DNA of 64,000 nt from a virus (taxonomy: Duplodnaviria > Caudoviricetes), in IMG/VR virus record IMGVR_UViG_2974782369_000001, positions 1-64,000 of that record. One strand, written 5' to 3'. A program made the translations under genes and the position numbers. Of the stretch, positions 26,817 through 37,298 are shown piece after piece. The notes under the pieces are model-generated. The model was not told the DNA's origin, searched no databases, and saw only the letters and a list, made by a program, of their open reading frames with translations. Position 1 is the stretch's first letter. Every line of letters begins with the position of its first letter.

Positions 26817-26832
26817 CAATGGGGCATTATAG

Positions 26833-27249
26833 TTAGAAAATTTCCCACACCGCATTGTTTTCGATTGTGACCGTAAAACCATTCTGAATTGTTATTGGTC
26901 CTTTACTAAAACCATTTTGAAACTCATCGCCTGCCGAAGGACCAATAGTAATATTCTCATCAATGTAATTAGCATTAGTTCTAATAATGCTATCTCTACC
27001 GAGAGATGGACCGCCGCCACCTACATCAGTCCAACCAGCAGATCCCTGACCAGTGTCATTAACATAAATCTCTGCACTATCTGTTGTTGTGTTAAAACGA
27101 ATAGTGCCAGAAACAACACCAGTTGGTTGATTTCCTGCGGTGCCTCTAGGCAGCACAAGCACACTATCCTGGTTTAGGAAACTCAGGGTAGTGATAATTG
27201 CTTCTGTTGCGGTATCAATTTGATTGCCGCTAATTTTAGTTACTGACAT
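26833..27249 (-). CDS. Virion structural protein
   Basis: ORF track; G.IRFNTT...E.Y and IIRTN...I.ENITI motifs. Confidence 0.75.
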   Translation of the reverse strand: MSVTKISGNQIDTATEAIITTLSFLNQDSVLVLPRGTAGNQPTGVVSGTIRFNTTTDSAEIYVNDTGQGSAGWTDVGGGGPSLGRDSIIRTNANYIDENITIGPSAGDEFQNGFSKGPITIQNGFTVTIENNAVWEIF

Positions 27250-27275
27250 CTTCTAATTACAGTCTCCTTTACTAT

Positions 27276-30200
27276 TTAGATAGGCAATTCAATAATATGA
27301 AGCGTATCCGTATTTGTTGGTGCAGTTGTGAATACAATGTTTGCACCATTCGAGTCTACGGTATAATCAGTGCCAGCAATCTGAGCAACACCATTCAAGA
27401 ATACCAGGCAAGAATCATCAGCATGTTGAATACCGCTGTTAGGATAAGTTGTAATAGCAAATGTCAGAGCATTACCATCACCAGCATATGTGCGAGTGAC
27501 ATACTTATCGGGACCAACAGCACCTCTACCAGTAACAACTAGGTTGCCATCAACTCTAGTGCTGCCATTAATATTTACTCTGTAGTTAGAGTTGGCAGCA
27601 GTGCCAATACCAAAGTGCTGAGTATTATTGAAAGTCTCAATGTTGATCTCACCAATATCAGTTAGACCAAACTCTTTCCATACACCGTTATAATAAATCC
27701 AACCAAGAGACTTACCAGGAGTCCAGTTAATGTTATAAACTAAGTCACCATCTGCAGGAGTTGTATATCCTGTGATATTTGCAAAGTTGGGTTGACCCAG
27801 TGCATCTGCGGGTGCAAGAAGTGTCTGTTTGATAACAGTACCATCTTGGTTGTTGTAAGTCAGTTTCTTTACAGTGATATTATCTGTAAATGTAGTTTGT
27901 CCTTGGAAGGTAACAGGACCAGCGAAGATAGATTCTAACTGGTTAGATGCACCACCGATAACTGTGAGTTTATCGGTAAGGACTAACTCAGAAAATGTTT
28001 CGATTGTTGTATTCTCTTCACCAATGACATTCAGTTGTGCAATATCTTCATTTGTGATCTGACCCGTAACTGGGTTGATAACTTGGTTACCAATGAATAG
28101 GTCACCATTAGAGTTAAGACCAGAGTAGAAAGCAACGCCCGCTTCTTCTTTGATAGACTGAGAGAATTTAACCTGATCTGCGCTTAGAGTTTCTACCTGA
28201 GTCTGAGGGAATGCAGTCGAATAGTTACCAGGACCGAAACCAAGATATTCAAAGGTGTGGTTACCAGATCTCAGAATAGAGTGACGACGAGTCTCAACAG
28301 GAATAGGTGCAACAGTGCCATCATTATTCTGACGGATATTGATCTTTCTAACTTCCTCAGTGCCTGCACGAGCAGTGAGTCGAATACCAGACAATCTTTC
28401 ATTCACCGAGTCATAGTTAGGTGTGGTGCCTGGTTGTGCCCAACCACCGTCAGATAATAAGAACTCAATTGCTTCCTTAGTAATAGATCTTTGAGGATCT
28501 TTATTTGGTGTTGGGTTAGCGCCATCGGTAGAATATACTAGACCGATAGTTTCGTTGTCAGCGACGGATATCGAAGCAAGAGGGTCAGCAAGAGGGTTGT
28601 CTCTGTCAAACGTAGGATAGACTTCGTTGACGTTTTGACTGAATTTTCTGTCGTTGAAATTAGAAGTCGAAGGTGTAATAGATGCACAAAGCAGGGTAAG
28701 ATAGAAGATTCCATCAGAAATACCTCTCTCAAATTCTTGGACTGTCTCAATATCATAAATGTAGAAACATCTATTCAATCCATAATTTGTTGCATCAGTG
28801 TTAAGTGGTTGGACAACATAACCACTGATAGGTGGACGAGGAAGAGGATTGGACTTATCCTTACCAATAACATAACGGACACGATATGTCCTATCCTGAA
28901 GGTCTCTACTGTCAGGAATACGCTTAAGGAATGTTGTTGGAGTAAAACTTACATTATTATATTGAGTATTGTTAGATAATGTTGTATAAATCTCGTTAGT
29001 AGTTGGATCTACACTCAGATACCAACCACCAGTCTGATTGGTTACACCATTGATTGTATAAGTGTTGCTATCAAATTGTAGTGGAGATCCTGCAACACCA
29101 GCATCCAAACCAGAAACACTTGGACCATAAGGTGTAATCGATGCAGATTGGACTGTTGCTTCAGTTGCACCTTGAGCAACCAATAAGCAGTTTAGTTTAT
29201 CTGCTACAGCACTAACACCCGTGCCATCTTGTCTAGCACCAACGGTATAACCTTGGACTCTAGTTGTTGGTGGAGAAGTTTCTACAGTATAACCATAGAG
29301 ATATAGTCTCGTGCCAGGACTAATACCCTGACCTGCAAGAGTTGCGTTAATTACTTTAGTGCGTTGAATATCAACGTTGACCCAGTTGACAGAGATTTCA
29401 TCACCAAAGATGACGTTACCATTTACCGTGCCAGTATTAACTGCACTTAGAGTTACAACTCTAGTATTTGTATTGATAGTGGTAACTACAGCACCAGATC
29501 CAATATTTGTGCCAGTTACAGGCATACCTTGCAGCACACCTTCAACACTACCATCATTTGCAAGTGTAATAGATGCTTGACCACTTGCACCAGTTGCTGT
29601 TGTTGAGATGACAGAAAGTGCCTTAGGTGGAATAATATGTGTGATCTCGCCTGCTTTATCTTTAGAGAATGATTTTGCCTTGAAACCAGCAGAGCGAAGT
29701 GCAGTATTACCGAAGTTGGAGTTAGAGTTGGTAATCGACATGTCAGCACCACTCTCAGCAGTAAAGTGTGTGCCGTATCCAACAGCAAACACCGAAACTG
29801 CCTGAATGAAAGCATCATTAGAGCATGTAATGTGTCTGTGTGCCCAACCCTTACGATACTCAGCAAAACCATCTAAGTGAGCACCATCACCAGCAGTTGC
29901 AGTATCATAGTTACCAGTAGAAGCATTAAATCTTACAAATGCTCTATCATCTTTCTGTAGAGATAGACCAGTAAACTGGGCAACAACCATCGATTTGAAA
30001 CCTGTTGCTTTGCTACCATCTGCAAGCATACCATTCATGCCCCAGACACTTCTCAGTGACAGGTTAAATGCATATGGCGATGCAGAGTCAACAGTATCAA
30101 TCTCAGTCTTAACGGAGATATTTGTGCCAACAGCATTACCCGTTGGTTCTTGTTGCATCTGGTAGGTAAATACGTTACCAGATGCAGATGTTACCGTGAA

Positions 30201-31235
30201 AGATCCATTATAGGATGATGCATCCAACTCAGATTGTGGACCAGTCGATCCAGTAACACCAGAAACGTTAATGTTAACACCAACCGAGAATCCGTGATCT
30301 CTTGGATTATCAAACTCATCAACAGTAACAGCAGTTGCAGTGTTACCATTACGAGTAATTTGAAGAATACGATATTCGTCAGAGATAGGACCAACGATTC
30401 TATTTTCTTCAACTCTTGCCTGAATTTGGTCAGTTGCAGGATCACCAGATGTATCAGGAATTGTAGCAAATGCCTTCGATACTTTCTGGTAGTAAATCTC
30501 TAGGTCTGTCCTTTCCAGGATGTTAGGCACCGCAGAATAATCACCTTCTGGAACAGTGCCGTTAGAAATTAGGGTGGAAAGTGGATTCAAACCATCAGCA
30601 AACTCAAAACAAGTTAGTTTGTGGTGGGAATACTTAGGTGCAATAGTCTCAGTAGAGTTTGGACTAAAATATACACCCTCTTCGGCACCATCAAAGAAGG
30701 AGAATTGCCAAAAATAAGTACCACCAGTTACCTTAAAGATTGATGATCTGGAGGGGGATTGATCTTCAGTATTGATACCTTTAGAGGTAAGAATAGTGGG
30801 ATAAGGCACATACTTAGGAATGATCTTAGTACGTCTAAGGTCTGTGCCAACCAGAGAGCAACCTCTGGGGACGATAATACCACCTTCTACAGAGTTATAC
30901 TTATATAATACGTTGTTGGGAGATGTTAGGTCTAAGTTAGAGTTTTCATCGATAGGTGCTACGTTTGTGTATAGCACATCGCCAGGTCTGTTGTCTACAA
31001 CATATTCTGCTGGATACAGCATAATCGAGAAGGCGTCAAATTCGTCGTTTGACAGACCTACTCGATACGAAAATCTAGCAACCTCAAGAAATGCTCTCTG
31101 AATAGACTTAAAGGGTCTCAGTGCAGAGTTACCCCTATTGTCAATAGCATCAGAAGCATCAAAGTCATCTGGGTTGACGTAAATGATACGTCCCGTGCGG
31201 GACGTAATAATATTCTTAAGTCTAGTTAGAGACAT
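27276..31235 (-). CDS. Large virion structural protein (1319 aa)
   Basis: MSLTRLKNIITSRTGRIIYVNPDDFDASD...RPFKSIQRA start, typical of cyanophage tail/virion proteins. Confidence 0.85.
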   Translation of the reverse strand: MSLTRLKNIITSRTGRIIYVNPDDFDASDAIDNRGNSALRPFKSIQRAFLEVARFSYRVGLSNDEFDAFSIMLYPAEYVVDNRPGDVLYTNVAPIDENSNLDLTSPNNVLYKYNSVEGGIIVPRGCSLVGTDLRRTKIIPKYVPYPTILTSKGINTEDQSPSRSSIFKVTGGTYFWQFSFFDGAEEGVYFSPNSTETIAPKYSHHKLTCFEFADGLNPLSTLISNGTVPEGDYSAVPNILERTDLEIYYQKVSKAFATIPDTSGDPATDQIQARVEENRIVGPISDEYRILQITRNGNTATAVTVDEFDNPRDHGFSVGVNINVSGVTGSTGPQSELDASSYNGSFTVTSASGNVFTYQMQQEPTGNAVGTNISVKTEIDTVDSASPYAFNLSLRSVWGMNGMLADGSKATGFKSMVVAQFTGLSLQKDDRAFVRFNASTGNYDTATAGDGAHLDGFAEYRKGWAHRHITCSNDAFIQAVSVFAVGYGTHFTAESGADMSITNSNSNFGNTALRSAGFKAKSFSKDKAGEITHIIPPKALSVISTTATGASGQASITLANDGSVEGVLQGMPVTGTNIGSGAVVTTINTNTRVVTLSAVNTGTVNGNVIFGDEISVNWVNVDIQRTKVINATLAGQGISPGTRLYLYGYTVETSPPTTRVQGYTVGARQDGTGVSAVADKLNCLLVAQGATEATVQSASITPYGPSVSGLDAGVAGSPLQFDSNTYTINGVTNQTGGWYLSVDPTTNEIYTTLSNNTQYNNVSFTPTTFLKRIPDSRDLQDRTYRVRYVIGKDKSNPLPRPPISGYVVQPLNTDATNYGLNRCFYIYDIETVQEFERGISDGIFYLTLLCASITPSTSNFNDRKFSQNVNEVYPTFDRDNPLADPLASISVADNETIGLVYSTDGANPTPNKDPQRSITKEAIEFLLSDGGWAQPGTTPNYDSVNERLSGIRLTARAGTEEVRKINIRQNNDGTVAPIPVETRRHSILRSGNHTFEYLGFGPGNYSTAFPQTQVETLSADQVKFSQSIKEEAGVAFYSGLNSNGDLFIGNQVINPVTGQITNEDIAQLNVIGEENTTIETFSELVLTDKLTVIGGASNQLESIFAGPVTFQGQTTFTDNITVKKLTYNNQDGTVIKQTLLAPADALGQPNFANITGYTTPADGDLVYNINWTPGKSLGWIYYNGVWKEFGLTDIGEINIETFNNTQHFGIGTAANSNYRVNINGSTRVDGNLVVTGRGAVGPDKYVTRTYAGDGNALTFAITTYPNSGIQHADDSCLVFLNGVAQIAGTDYTVDSNGANIVFTTAPTNTDTLHIIELPI

Positions 31236-31269
31236 TTCTTACGCTGCTTTTATTGTTATTTATTGAGGA

Positions 31270-32751
31270 TCAATTACCACTGCCCGAGTCATCTCCATAT
31301 ACTCTTACAACATAAGAGGAAGAAGAATCTTCAAAACCAATCAGACTAAATACATTATTTTGTGTAGTTGAATTTACAACCACAGTTTCTCCAGGTCCGA
31401 CAACCAGGGAAGTAATTTTATCTACATTATTAGCAGAATTAGTAGCACCAACTGTGATATAATGCTGATCTTCTAGTGCGGTTTCATCTACACCGATTGC
31501 AGATACAGTAGCAACTGATCTTGCTGCAGTATTAGACTTGGGCACTTCACGGAATTGCTCAGATCCTGCATATGCAGAAGAGTTAGGACCAAGAATAACA
31601 TCTAGCGCGGTGCCAACATAACGACGGACGTATCCATAAGGACCAGGCGTTTGTGCTGTAATAGTGTAAGTAACACCACCAACAATAAACGAGGTTGTAT
31701 TAGGAACGATCGTGCCATACAGACTGTAAATATAGAAAGCATCAAAAGTAGATGCATAGTTGACAGTCAGATAACGATCAGATCCACCATAATCTGCATT
31801 ACTTGCCGTGCCTGTGCCACCATCATAGAAATAAAGTTGAGATGGAAGTGCATTACCAGTAACAGTTAAATCATATTGGACATATGCACCAGCACTACCT
31901 GCTGTGCCATTAGTTGTTTTGCCATCAGTATATTCAGATCCATCATCAGGAGATACACCACCGATGACATTATCAGGACCCCATTCACCATTAACAGTAT
32001 CAGATAGTTTGAAGTCTCTGCCTGCCATCGTTGCATCAGAAATATTAAATCTGTAAGTCCTATCTACTAAAACTGTGAGAGCATCATTGACATGGACATT
32101 ATATACACCACCAGCAGTTGTTGTGGAGAAAATAAACTCATTTACTGCTGTTGCAATACCACCAGCAGAAATAGTTGCAGAAGCATTGGCAGTATAAACA
32201 CTATTACCATCAGCAAATTCAGCACCAGCACCGTTAATTGTTGAGGGACCAACGTAGAGAATTTGAGAATCGGTTGTAGTGTTAACACCATAAACTATTG
32301 CTGTAGTATCATCGGGAGATGCACCAGTGGCGAGAGTGTCACCAACTTCAAAGGTGCCATTTGCACTTTCTACAGTAATTGCTCTCAGATCTTCAGTCTT
32401 TACAAAGATCTCAGTATATTCTGGTGTGTAGAATGATTCAAATTTGAATGAAACTTCATTATCTGAAGATGTAATAGTTTGTCCTGCACTGAAACCAGAA
32501 GAACTATTCATCTGAGCATCAGTGGTAATAAAATAACTGGAAATTGTATCCCCTTCATGGAAAAGATAAGTGGACGCATCCAGCGTTAGTCTTTGATTGT
32601 AATCTTTAACCGCAACACTATATGCAGATCCAGTGCCATCATTCGCAACGTTTAACACGGTGCTGGCGGATTGATCCACAGGAGAACTATACAACACAGT
32701 ATTAGTTGCTGCTGCTGGTTTAGATTGTGCTAAAATTCCTTGGTCTGCCAT
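31270..32751 (-). CDS. Virion structural protein
   Basis: ORF track; T/S/G-rich beta protein in the late block. Confidence 0.75.
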   Translation of the reverse strand: MADQGILAQSKPAAATNTVLYSSPVDQSASTVLNVANDGTGSAYSVAVKDYNQRLTLDASTYLFHEGDTISSYFITTDAQMNSSSGFSAGQTITSSDNEVSFKFESFYTPEYTEIFVKTEDLRAITVESANGTFEVGDTLATGASPDDTTAIVYGVNTTTDSQILYVGPSTINGAGAEFADGNSVYTANASATISAGGIATAVNEFIFSTTTAGGVYNVHVNDALTVLVDRTYRFNISDATMAGRDFKLSDTVNGEWGPDNVIGGVSPDDGSEYTDGKTTNGTAGSAGAYVQYDLTVTGNALPSQLYFYDGGTGTASNADYGGSDRYLTVNYASTFDAFYIYSLYGTIVPNTTSFIVGGVTYTITAQTPGPYGYVRRYVGTALDVILGPNSSAYAGSEQFREVPKSNTAARSVATVSAIGVDETALEDQHYITVGATNSANNVDKITSLVVGPGETVVVNSTTQNNVFSLIGFEDSSSSYVVRVYGDDSGSGN

Positions 32752-32757
32752 TGTTAA

Positions 32758-34080
32758 TTAGAATCCTGCGTAGAAGAATTGTTGTTGTCTGGTTCTACCA
32801 GTTAGGTTTGCGGCACCAATACCAGCACCGAAGTTAACATCATCAAGAGTAACGTTTTCAGTAGAAAGTAGTGTAGCATCAGCATCTGGGAATCTAATTG
32901 TGCGATTGCCAGTGATATTGTCTAAGCGAATAGTAATATCATTCGTAGCAGTTCTAGTATCTTTCAATACTGGTTGGACCAGTGTTTTATTAGAAAGAGT
33001 TTCAGTTGCTTGCTCGGTTACAATAATATTTGCATCACTACCTGTGATATTTAGATCCGCGCCAGGAGGAAACTTTACTACAGAGTTGGTAAGAGTTAGT
33101 TGGTTATCAACTTCTAATGTAAATTTCTTGGTGTTATCGGTAGAATCTTGGAAAATGAGAGATTCTACTACTTTATTTGTTAGAATCTGAGTTGTGTCTG
33201 TGCCGACCAATGTCAGATTCAAATCTGGAACGGTAATAATTCTATCTGCTGTTAATGCATCAGTGTTAAATTGTGCTGATTCACTAGCAGCATCAGCAGA
33301 TGCCAACTTTAGATTAACTAAAGTCTTAGATATAAGAGTTTGCTCAGTCTTCGTGTCAATCAGAGTAGAAGAAGTTGCTGTAGGTTCTGACGTAGTTGTT
33401 ACGGCACCAGCATCAGGTAAGAAGAAAGATCTTCTCTGACCAGAAGAATCTGCATAATTCAGTTGGAAAATTGCTTCGTCCTGATTATCAAAGAGGACAA
33501 AGTTATCTTCATCAATCAGAATAGTCTTATTTCTCAGAGTTTGCTGAGTGTCATCACCAACTAAGATTGTGCCATTACCAGCAGTAATAGCAGGCAATGT
33601 CATAATACGAGTGCCCGTGCCCGTGCCAACATTACTAACTTCAAATCTTGCTTTAGGACCTAGAGCATCCTGAAGGACAAATGATCCGTCAGAAATAAGA
33701 AACTGACCAGTAACTTGGACAGTGCCTGTGCCTTTAGGTGCTAAAACAATATTTGCATTATCTGCAGTATCATCAATAGCAGTAATGTATAACGATGTGC
33801 TTTCTGCCGCATTAACAATGCGGGTCATATAAAAACCACCATCACCAAAACTAATACCAAACTGATCATATGCATTTTGGTATAGACCAGTATCTCTGTC
33901 CAGGTCAAAACAAAGTCCAGGTGCATCTTTTGTGCCCTGAGTAACTCCTTTGAAGAGTTGATTTACTTTTGCTTTTCTGTTTGGAATCAGTGGGTCAGAA
34001 ACAACCACTGGGAGAATTGCTTCACCCGACAGGTTGGCATCTGAGATTGTATCCAACTGAGAAATTTTTCTGGTTCCCAC
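32758..34080 (-). CDS. Virion structural / fibre protein
   Basis: GTG start; repeated T.QTL.NKTL and R.I..PD motifs. Confidence 0.75.
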   Translation of the reverse strand: MGTRKISQLDTISDANLSGEAILPVVVSDPLIPNRKAKVNQLFKGVTQGTKDAPGLCFDLDRDTGLYQNAYDQFGISFGDGGFYMTRIVNAAESTSLYITAIDDTADNANIVLAPKGTGTVQVTGQFLISDGSFVLQDALGPKARFEVSNVGTGTGTRIMTLPAITAGNGTILVGDDTQQTLRNKTILIDEDNFVLFDNQDEAIFQLNYADSSGQRRSFFLPDAGAVTTTSEPTATSSTLIDTKTEQTLISKTLVNLKLASADAASESAQFNTDALTADRIITVPDLNLTLVGTDTTQILTNKVVESLIFQDSTDNTKKFTLEVDNQLTLTNSVVKFPPGADLNITGSDANIIVTEQATETLSNKTLVQPVLKDTRTATNDITIRLDNITGNRTIRFPDADATLLSTENVTLDDVNFGAGIGAANLTGRTRQQQFFYAGF

Positions 34081-34107
34081 GAATAATCACACGATTTGCT
34101 ACAAGTT

Positions 34108-34115
34108 TATTTATA
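34108..34115 (-). promoter_or_regulatory. T4-type late promoter TATAAATA
   Basis: Exact consensus 27 nt upstream of the 34080 start. Confidence 0.75.
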
Positions 34116-34200
34116 CGGATACAATTCGTTGTATCTGATGAATCTCTTAGCGTTAGGTTCTACACCAAGAGATTCACACACAGCAAGATATGACTCCCAT

Positions 34201-34455
34201 TCATTCTGCAGTTGCGAAGGAATCTGCACATGCGATGATGTCACATTCTCTGTGTCCGAGCATGAGTGATTTGAGTTCGACTGCTTTTTCATATTCTTTC
34301 TTATGATAGTTGATTACATCATCGACACAAGATAGAATCTCTTCATACGCTCGTCGTGCCGTAACTTTATTATCTTGGAGGTAATCGTCGATGCAATCTT
34401 GCATACGATTTTTGCGTTGCGTTTCATACTCTTTTGCCCAATACTCATCCGTCAC
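34201..34455 (-). CDS. Hypothetical protein
   Basis: ORF track. Confidence 0.7.
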   Translation of the reverse strand: MTDEYWAKEYETQRKNRMQDCIDDYLQDNKVTARRAYEEILSCVDDVINYHKKEYEKAVELKSLMLGHRECDIIACADSFATAE

Positions 34456-34651
34456 GAAGTTTTTCCTCCTTAGAAATTTTGTAATACAACTTGTAGTATC
34501 TAGTCTTCATCTCATCTATTATAGCATTATCTTCGTCAAATGCCATATACTTTGTTAGTTGGTAACATCCTTCCAACTCAGAGATTAAACGAAGAATATT
34601 GATGGACTTTCTTTCAAGTCCACCATGCTCAAACTCACTCCTTGGGCGCAT
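34445..34651 (-). CDS. Hypothetical protein
   Basis: ORF track. Confidence 0.7.
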   Translation of the reverse strand: MRPRSEFEHGGLERKSINILRLISELEGCYQLTKYMAFDEDNAIIDEMKTRYYKLYYKISKEEKLRDG

Positions 34652-34771
34652 TGGGTTTAATTACCCGATTATTTACAGAAGTATTGTGAAGTTTTTTAAT
34701 TGCTGCAACAGTTTCAGGAGTTTCTTCCCAATACCAAGAGTTGCCATTTTTATCGACAAAATTGCGTTGTG

Positions 34772-34963
34772 TCATAATTTCTCCGTTGTTTGTTGAGGTA
34801 TATTATTATCCCAGTGGCGGATCACCCCTGCGACAATGAAACAATTAGTGACAAGATAAGAGAGAAGTATAAAAGTCCGTATGCAAGCAATGACATCCGC
34901 CTCTTTGTTACTTCTTCCTTCTTTTCGTCCGAGTGCATAAGACCATAGTCTCCAATACTTCAT
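34772..34963 (-). CDS. Small membrane protein
   Basis: WRLW..ALG.K.G..N.EAD.IA.IRT.I...YLVTN.FIVAGVIRHW motif. Confidence 0.75.
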   Translation of the reverse strand: MKYWRLWSYALGRKEGRSNKEADVIACIRTFILLSYLVTNCFIVAGVIRHWDNNIPQQTTEKL

Positions 34964-35484
34964 TTAAGATAATATGCCTGATATTCACAGTTATATCTAT
35001 CAATGTATTTTTGAGCGTGCTCTTCACACTGAAAATGACAAACCTTGTTTTCGGTTTTGTCCTCTAGTCTGATCGGAAACATTTCGTATGGAAACAATTC
35101 AACCTTCCCAGATGCGATCATCTTTAGTTGGGTATCCTTGTTTGCCGAACGTTTGCTCGTTCGTGTCTTTGAGGTAGCGGTCGATTTCTTGGGACTTGAC
35201 TTTGTACCAGTTGTCTTGGTCGATCTCTTGCTCTGTGATGTCGTCGCCTTCCCAGAAGTCTTCGTAGTCTTCTTCGGTTGCTTCGGTGATAGCAGGGTCA
35301 GGAGATTTTGCTCCAAATTTTTCTGCGTTTTTACCGATGTATTCTTTTTCTGACTGGTCTTGGGAGAGACGGTACTTGAAGAAGTTGATGAAGTCTTCTT
35401 TCGTCCAGTCGTTGAAGATACTTTCTTCTGGGTCGTTTTCGTCCCACGAGATTGTGAAACTGCCGTCTTCGTGCTCTTCGACAT
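34960..35484 (-). CDS. Lys/Thr/Ser-rich histone-like protein with a globular C-terminal domain (overlaps 35099-35491 in the +1 frame)
   Basis: 174-codon open frame; the FPIRLE...CHFQCEEH..KYIDRY C-terminus looks coding; the N-terminal extension is supported by the codon pattern (see findings). Confidence 0.6.
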   Translation of the reverse strand: MSKSTKTAVSQSRGTKTTQKKVSSTTGRKKTSSTSSSTVSPKTSQKKNTSVKTQKNLEQNLLTLLSPKQPKKTTKTSGKATTSQSKRSTKTTGTKSSPKKSTATSKTRTSKRSANKDTQLKMIASGKVELFPYEMFPIRLEDKTENKVCHFQCEEHAQKYIDRYNCEYQAYYLK

Positions 35485-35491
35485 TAATCAT
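35099..35491 (-). CDS. Acidic hypothetical protein
   Basis: I.VEE.EDGSFTISWD.NDP.ES.FN.WT..DF motif; coupled to the stop of 35484-36164. Confidence 0.75.
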   Translation of the reverse strand: MINVEEHEDGSFTISWDENDPEESIFNDWTKEDFINFFKYRLSQDQSEKEYIGKNAEKFGAKSPDPAITEATEEDYEDFWEGDDITEQEIDQDNWYKVKSQEIDRYLKDTNEQTFGKQGYPTKDDRIWEG

Positions 35492-36164
35492 TGACGTAGT
35501 TGTTTTCGCGTAACCATTCTAGCGTAAGAGGGGTGGGTTTGTAAACCCTCCACATGTTTCCATTTGCACATGCTTCAAGTGCTTTCTGAGTCATTCCCTC
35601 AGTCTTTCCTGCCCATGTTGCCTCTGCCTCCCAAGGTACAGCAGAAGGAGGATAGGACTTCTCTACCATTTCACGCCAGAAAGGTGGGACATCTTCCTCA
35701 GGCATAATGATAGCAATCATGCTATTCTTGATGCTACCTGCCATACAATCTTGTGCAGCGTGCCATCCTTCATGACGCATTACGCTCATCAATGTAGAAT
35801 AACGCTTAGTAAGTGTGGCATTGAGAAAGAAGTTATTGCTGACAGTATGATAGACACCACGATGACCAGGAGGAAAATACTTCTCTGGTGCAATATACAC
35901 CCCAACACCAATTTTATCAAATGATACCATCATTCGATCAAACTCTTCAGCAAGTGCTGGAGACATAGGAAACTTTTTGTGGTATTTTGCCACATCTTTA
36001 TGACTCTTTACTTCAACAACACCATCCTTACATTCTTGCAAGATCATACAACCCATGGCATCCATAGTATACCAACCTTTAGTAGGTTCCGCTTTTGCTG
36101 CTAGACCATGTGCTGCTCCAAAAAGAGCGCCTGCAAGAATAGCATTCCAGAGAGTATTATTCAT
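35484..36164 (-). CDS. Secreted HExxH zinc-metallopeptidase-like protein
   Basis: Signal-peptide-like N-terminus; RHEGWHAAQDC and downstream WEAEA. Confidence 0.65.
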   Translation of the reverse strand: MNNTLWNAILAGALFGAAHGLAAKAEPTKGWYTMDAMGCMILQECKDGVVEVKSHKDVAKYHKKFPMSPALAEEFDRMMVSFDKIGVGVYIAPEKYFPPGHRGVYHTVSNNFFLNATLTKRYSTLMSVMRHEGWHAAQDCMAGSIKNSMIAIIMPEEDVPPFWREMVEKSYPPSAVPWEAEATWAGKTEGMTQKALEACANGNMWRVYKPTPLTLEWLRENNYVND

Positions 36165-36496
36165 TTGGGTATGTGCTGTACATTAGTAATTATACCATCA
36201 ACCAAGGTCAAATGACAAGAGGGAAATGGTGCATAGTAACAATCCCACTTGGCAGGATATACTTCCACTACTCCAGTGTGATAAATTGGTCGGACCTTAC
36301 CATGACGACCGTTTGGCGTGTATCCAAGCAAATCTTCTACAAAATCCTGAGTGTGCGAATAATCAACCTCATACAATTTTCCTGCAGGGTCAATCCAGTA
36401 TTCACACATCAGACATTCTAAATCTTTTGTTTGAAGATCTCGATGATATCCAGGTCCAATGTCGTAAGATGATCTTACTGTGTCAAATAATCCCAT
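36161..36496 (-). CDS. Hypothetical protein (start MGLFDTVRSSY)
   Basis: ORF track trimmed; QTKDL.C....YWIDP.G.L motif. Confidence 0.7.
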   Translation of the reverse strand: MGLFDTVRSSYDIGPGYHRDLQTKDLECLMCEYWIDPAGKLYEVDYSHTQDFVEDLLGYTPNGRHGKVRPIYHTGVVEVYPAKWDCYYAPFPSCHLTLVDGIITNVQHIPK

Positions 36497-36498
36497 AT

Positions 36499-36681
36499 TC
36501 ACCATTTTCCTATAGGGCATTTCATCATAGGTATGCGTGTCTTGATTGCCATAATACATCCACATTTTTGACACAAACCATACTTACCATAGTAATCACA
36601 TCCCTTACAAATGGCAAGTCTTTCGGTAGATAAATGTGACGGTGTTTTTTCTTTCAAGAAATCTATGATGTCTTCAAACAT
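36499..36681 (-). CDS. Small Cys-rich protein (DUF6171-like)
   Basis: RL.IC..C...C..CGC....K.......CP.GKW pattern. Confidence 0.75.
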   Translation of the reverse strand: MFEDIIDFLKEKTPSHLSTERLAICKGCDYYGKYGLCQKCGCIMAIKTRIPMMKCPIGKW

Positions 36682-36683
36682 AT

Positions 36684-37298
36684 CTATACAGGAATTTGAG
36701 TAACTTGATTTAAGAATTGGACCATAACATATCTACCTAAACCTTTATTCATATCTTCAGGTTTCATTGATACGCTACTAACTGCATGAGGTATCACAGA
36801 TGGAAAGATAATGCATCGGTTGTTTAATACCTCTACCTCAAAATCGTGCTCGGGGAATAATAAATTACCACCTTCAAATTTTTTAGGATCTCTATAAAAC
36901 CAAGTCAATACTGTAGCAGTGCCATGATCAACGTGCTTTTTATAATGATCAGAATCTTCATAATAAGATAGCAAGGTATAATACATGTTACAAGCAAACT
37001 CCTTGAAAAACCAGAGTAATTCTTGATTTAATATTTCCCTTTTGAAAATCTTCCGATTGATACGAAGTATATTGGAAAGATTTCTATTGTTTAGATATTC
37101 TCTATCTAAAAGTATTCCCTTATTTTTCTTATTCGATCGACCAGAGTTATCTAATGATGACAGAGTTACTTTGTCTCCATCAATCATTCTTGGTCGAAGA
37201 AATTCTAATTCATCCCATATACTCACTAATTCATTTTCATCATACAAATCATCAACAATAATCGCGTGAAACGGATCAGTTATCACCTGTATTTTCAT
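36684..37298 (-). CDS. 2OG-Fe(II) oxygenase
   Basis: HVD, FEGG.L.F, FPS.IPH.V and GRY. Confidence 0.85.
   Translation of the reverse strand: MKIQVITDPFHAIIVDDLYDENELVSIWDELEFLRPRMIDGDKVTLSSLDNSGRSNKKNKGILLDREYLNNRNLSNILRINRKIFKREILNQELLWFFKEFACNMYYTLLSYYEDSDHYKKHVDHGTATVLTWFYRDPKKFEGGNLLFPEHDFEVEVLNNRCIIFPSVIPHAVSSVSMKPEDMNKGLGRYVMVQFLNQVTQIPV

Noticed and set aside
25974-34080. Diversity-generating retroelement or invertible fibre cassette
   Set aside because: No reverse transcriptase, invertase, template/variable repeat pair or flanking inverted repeats seen.
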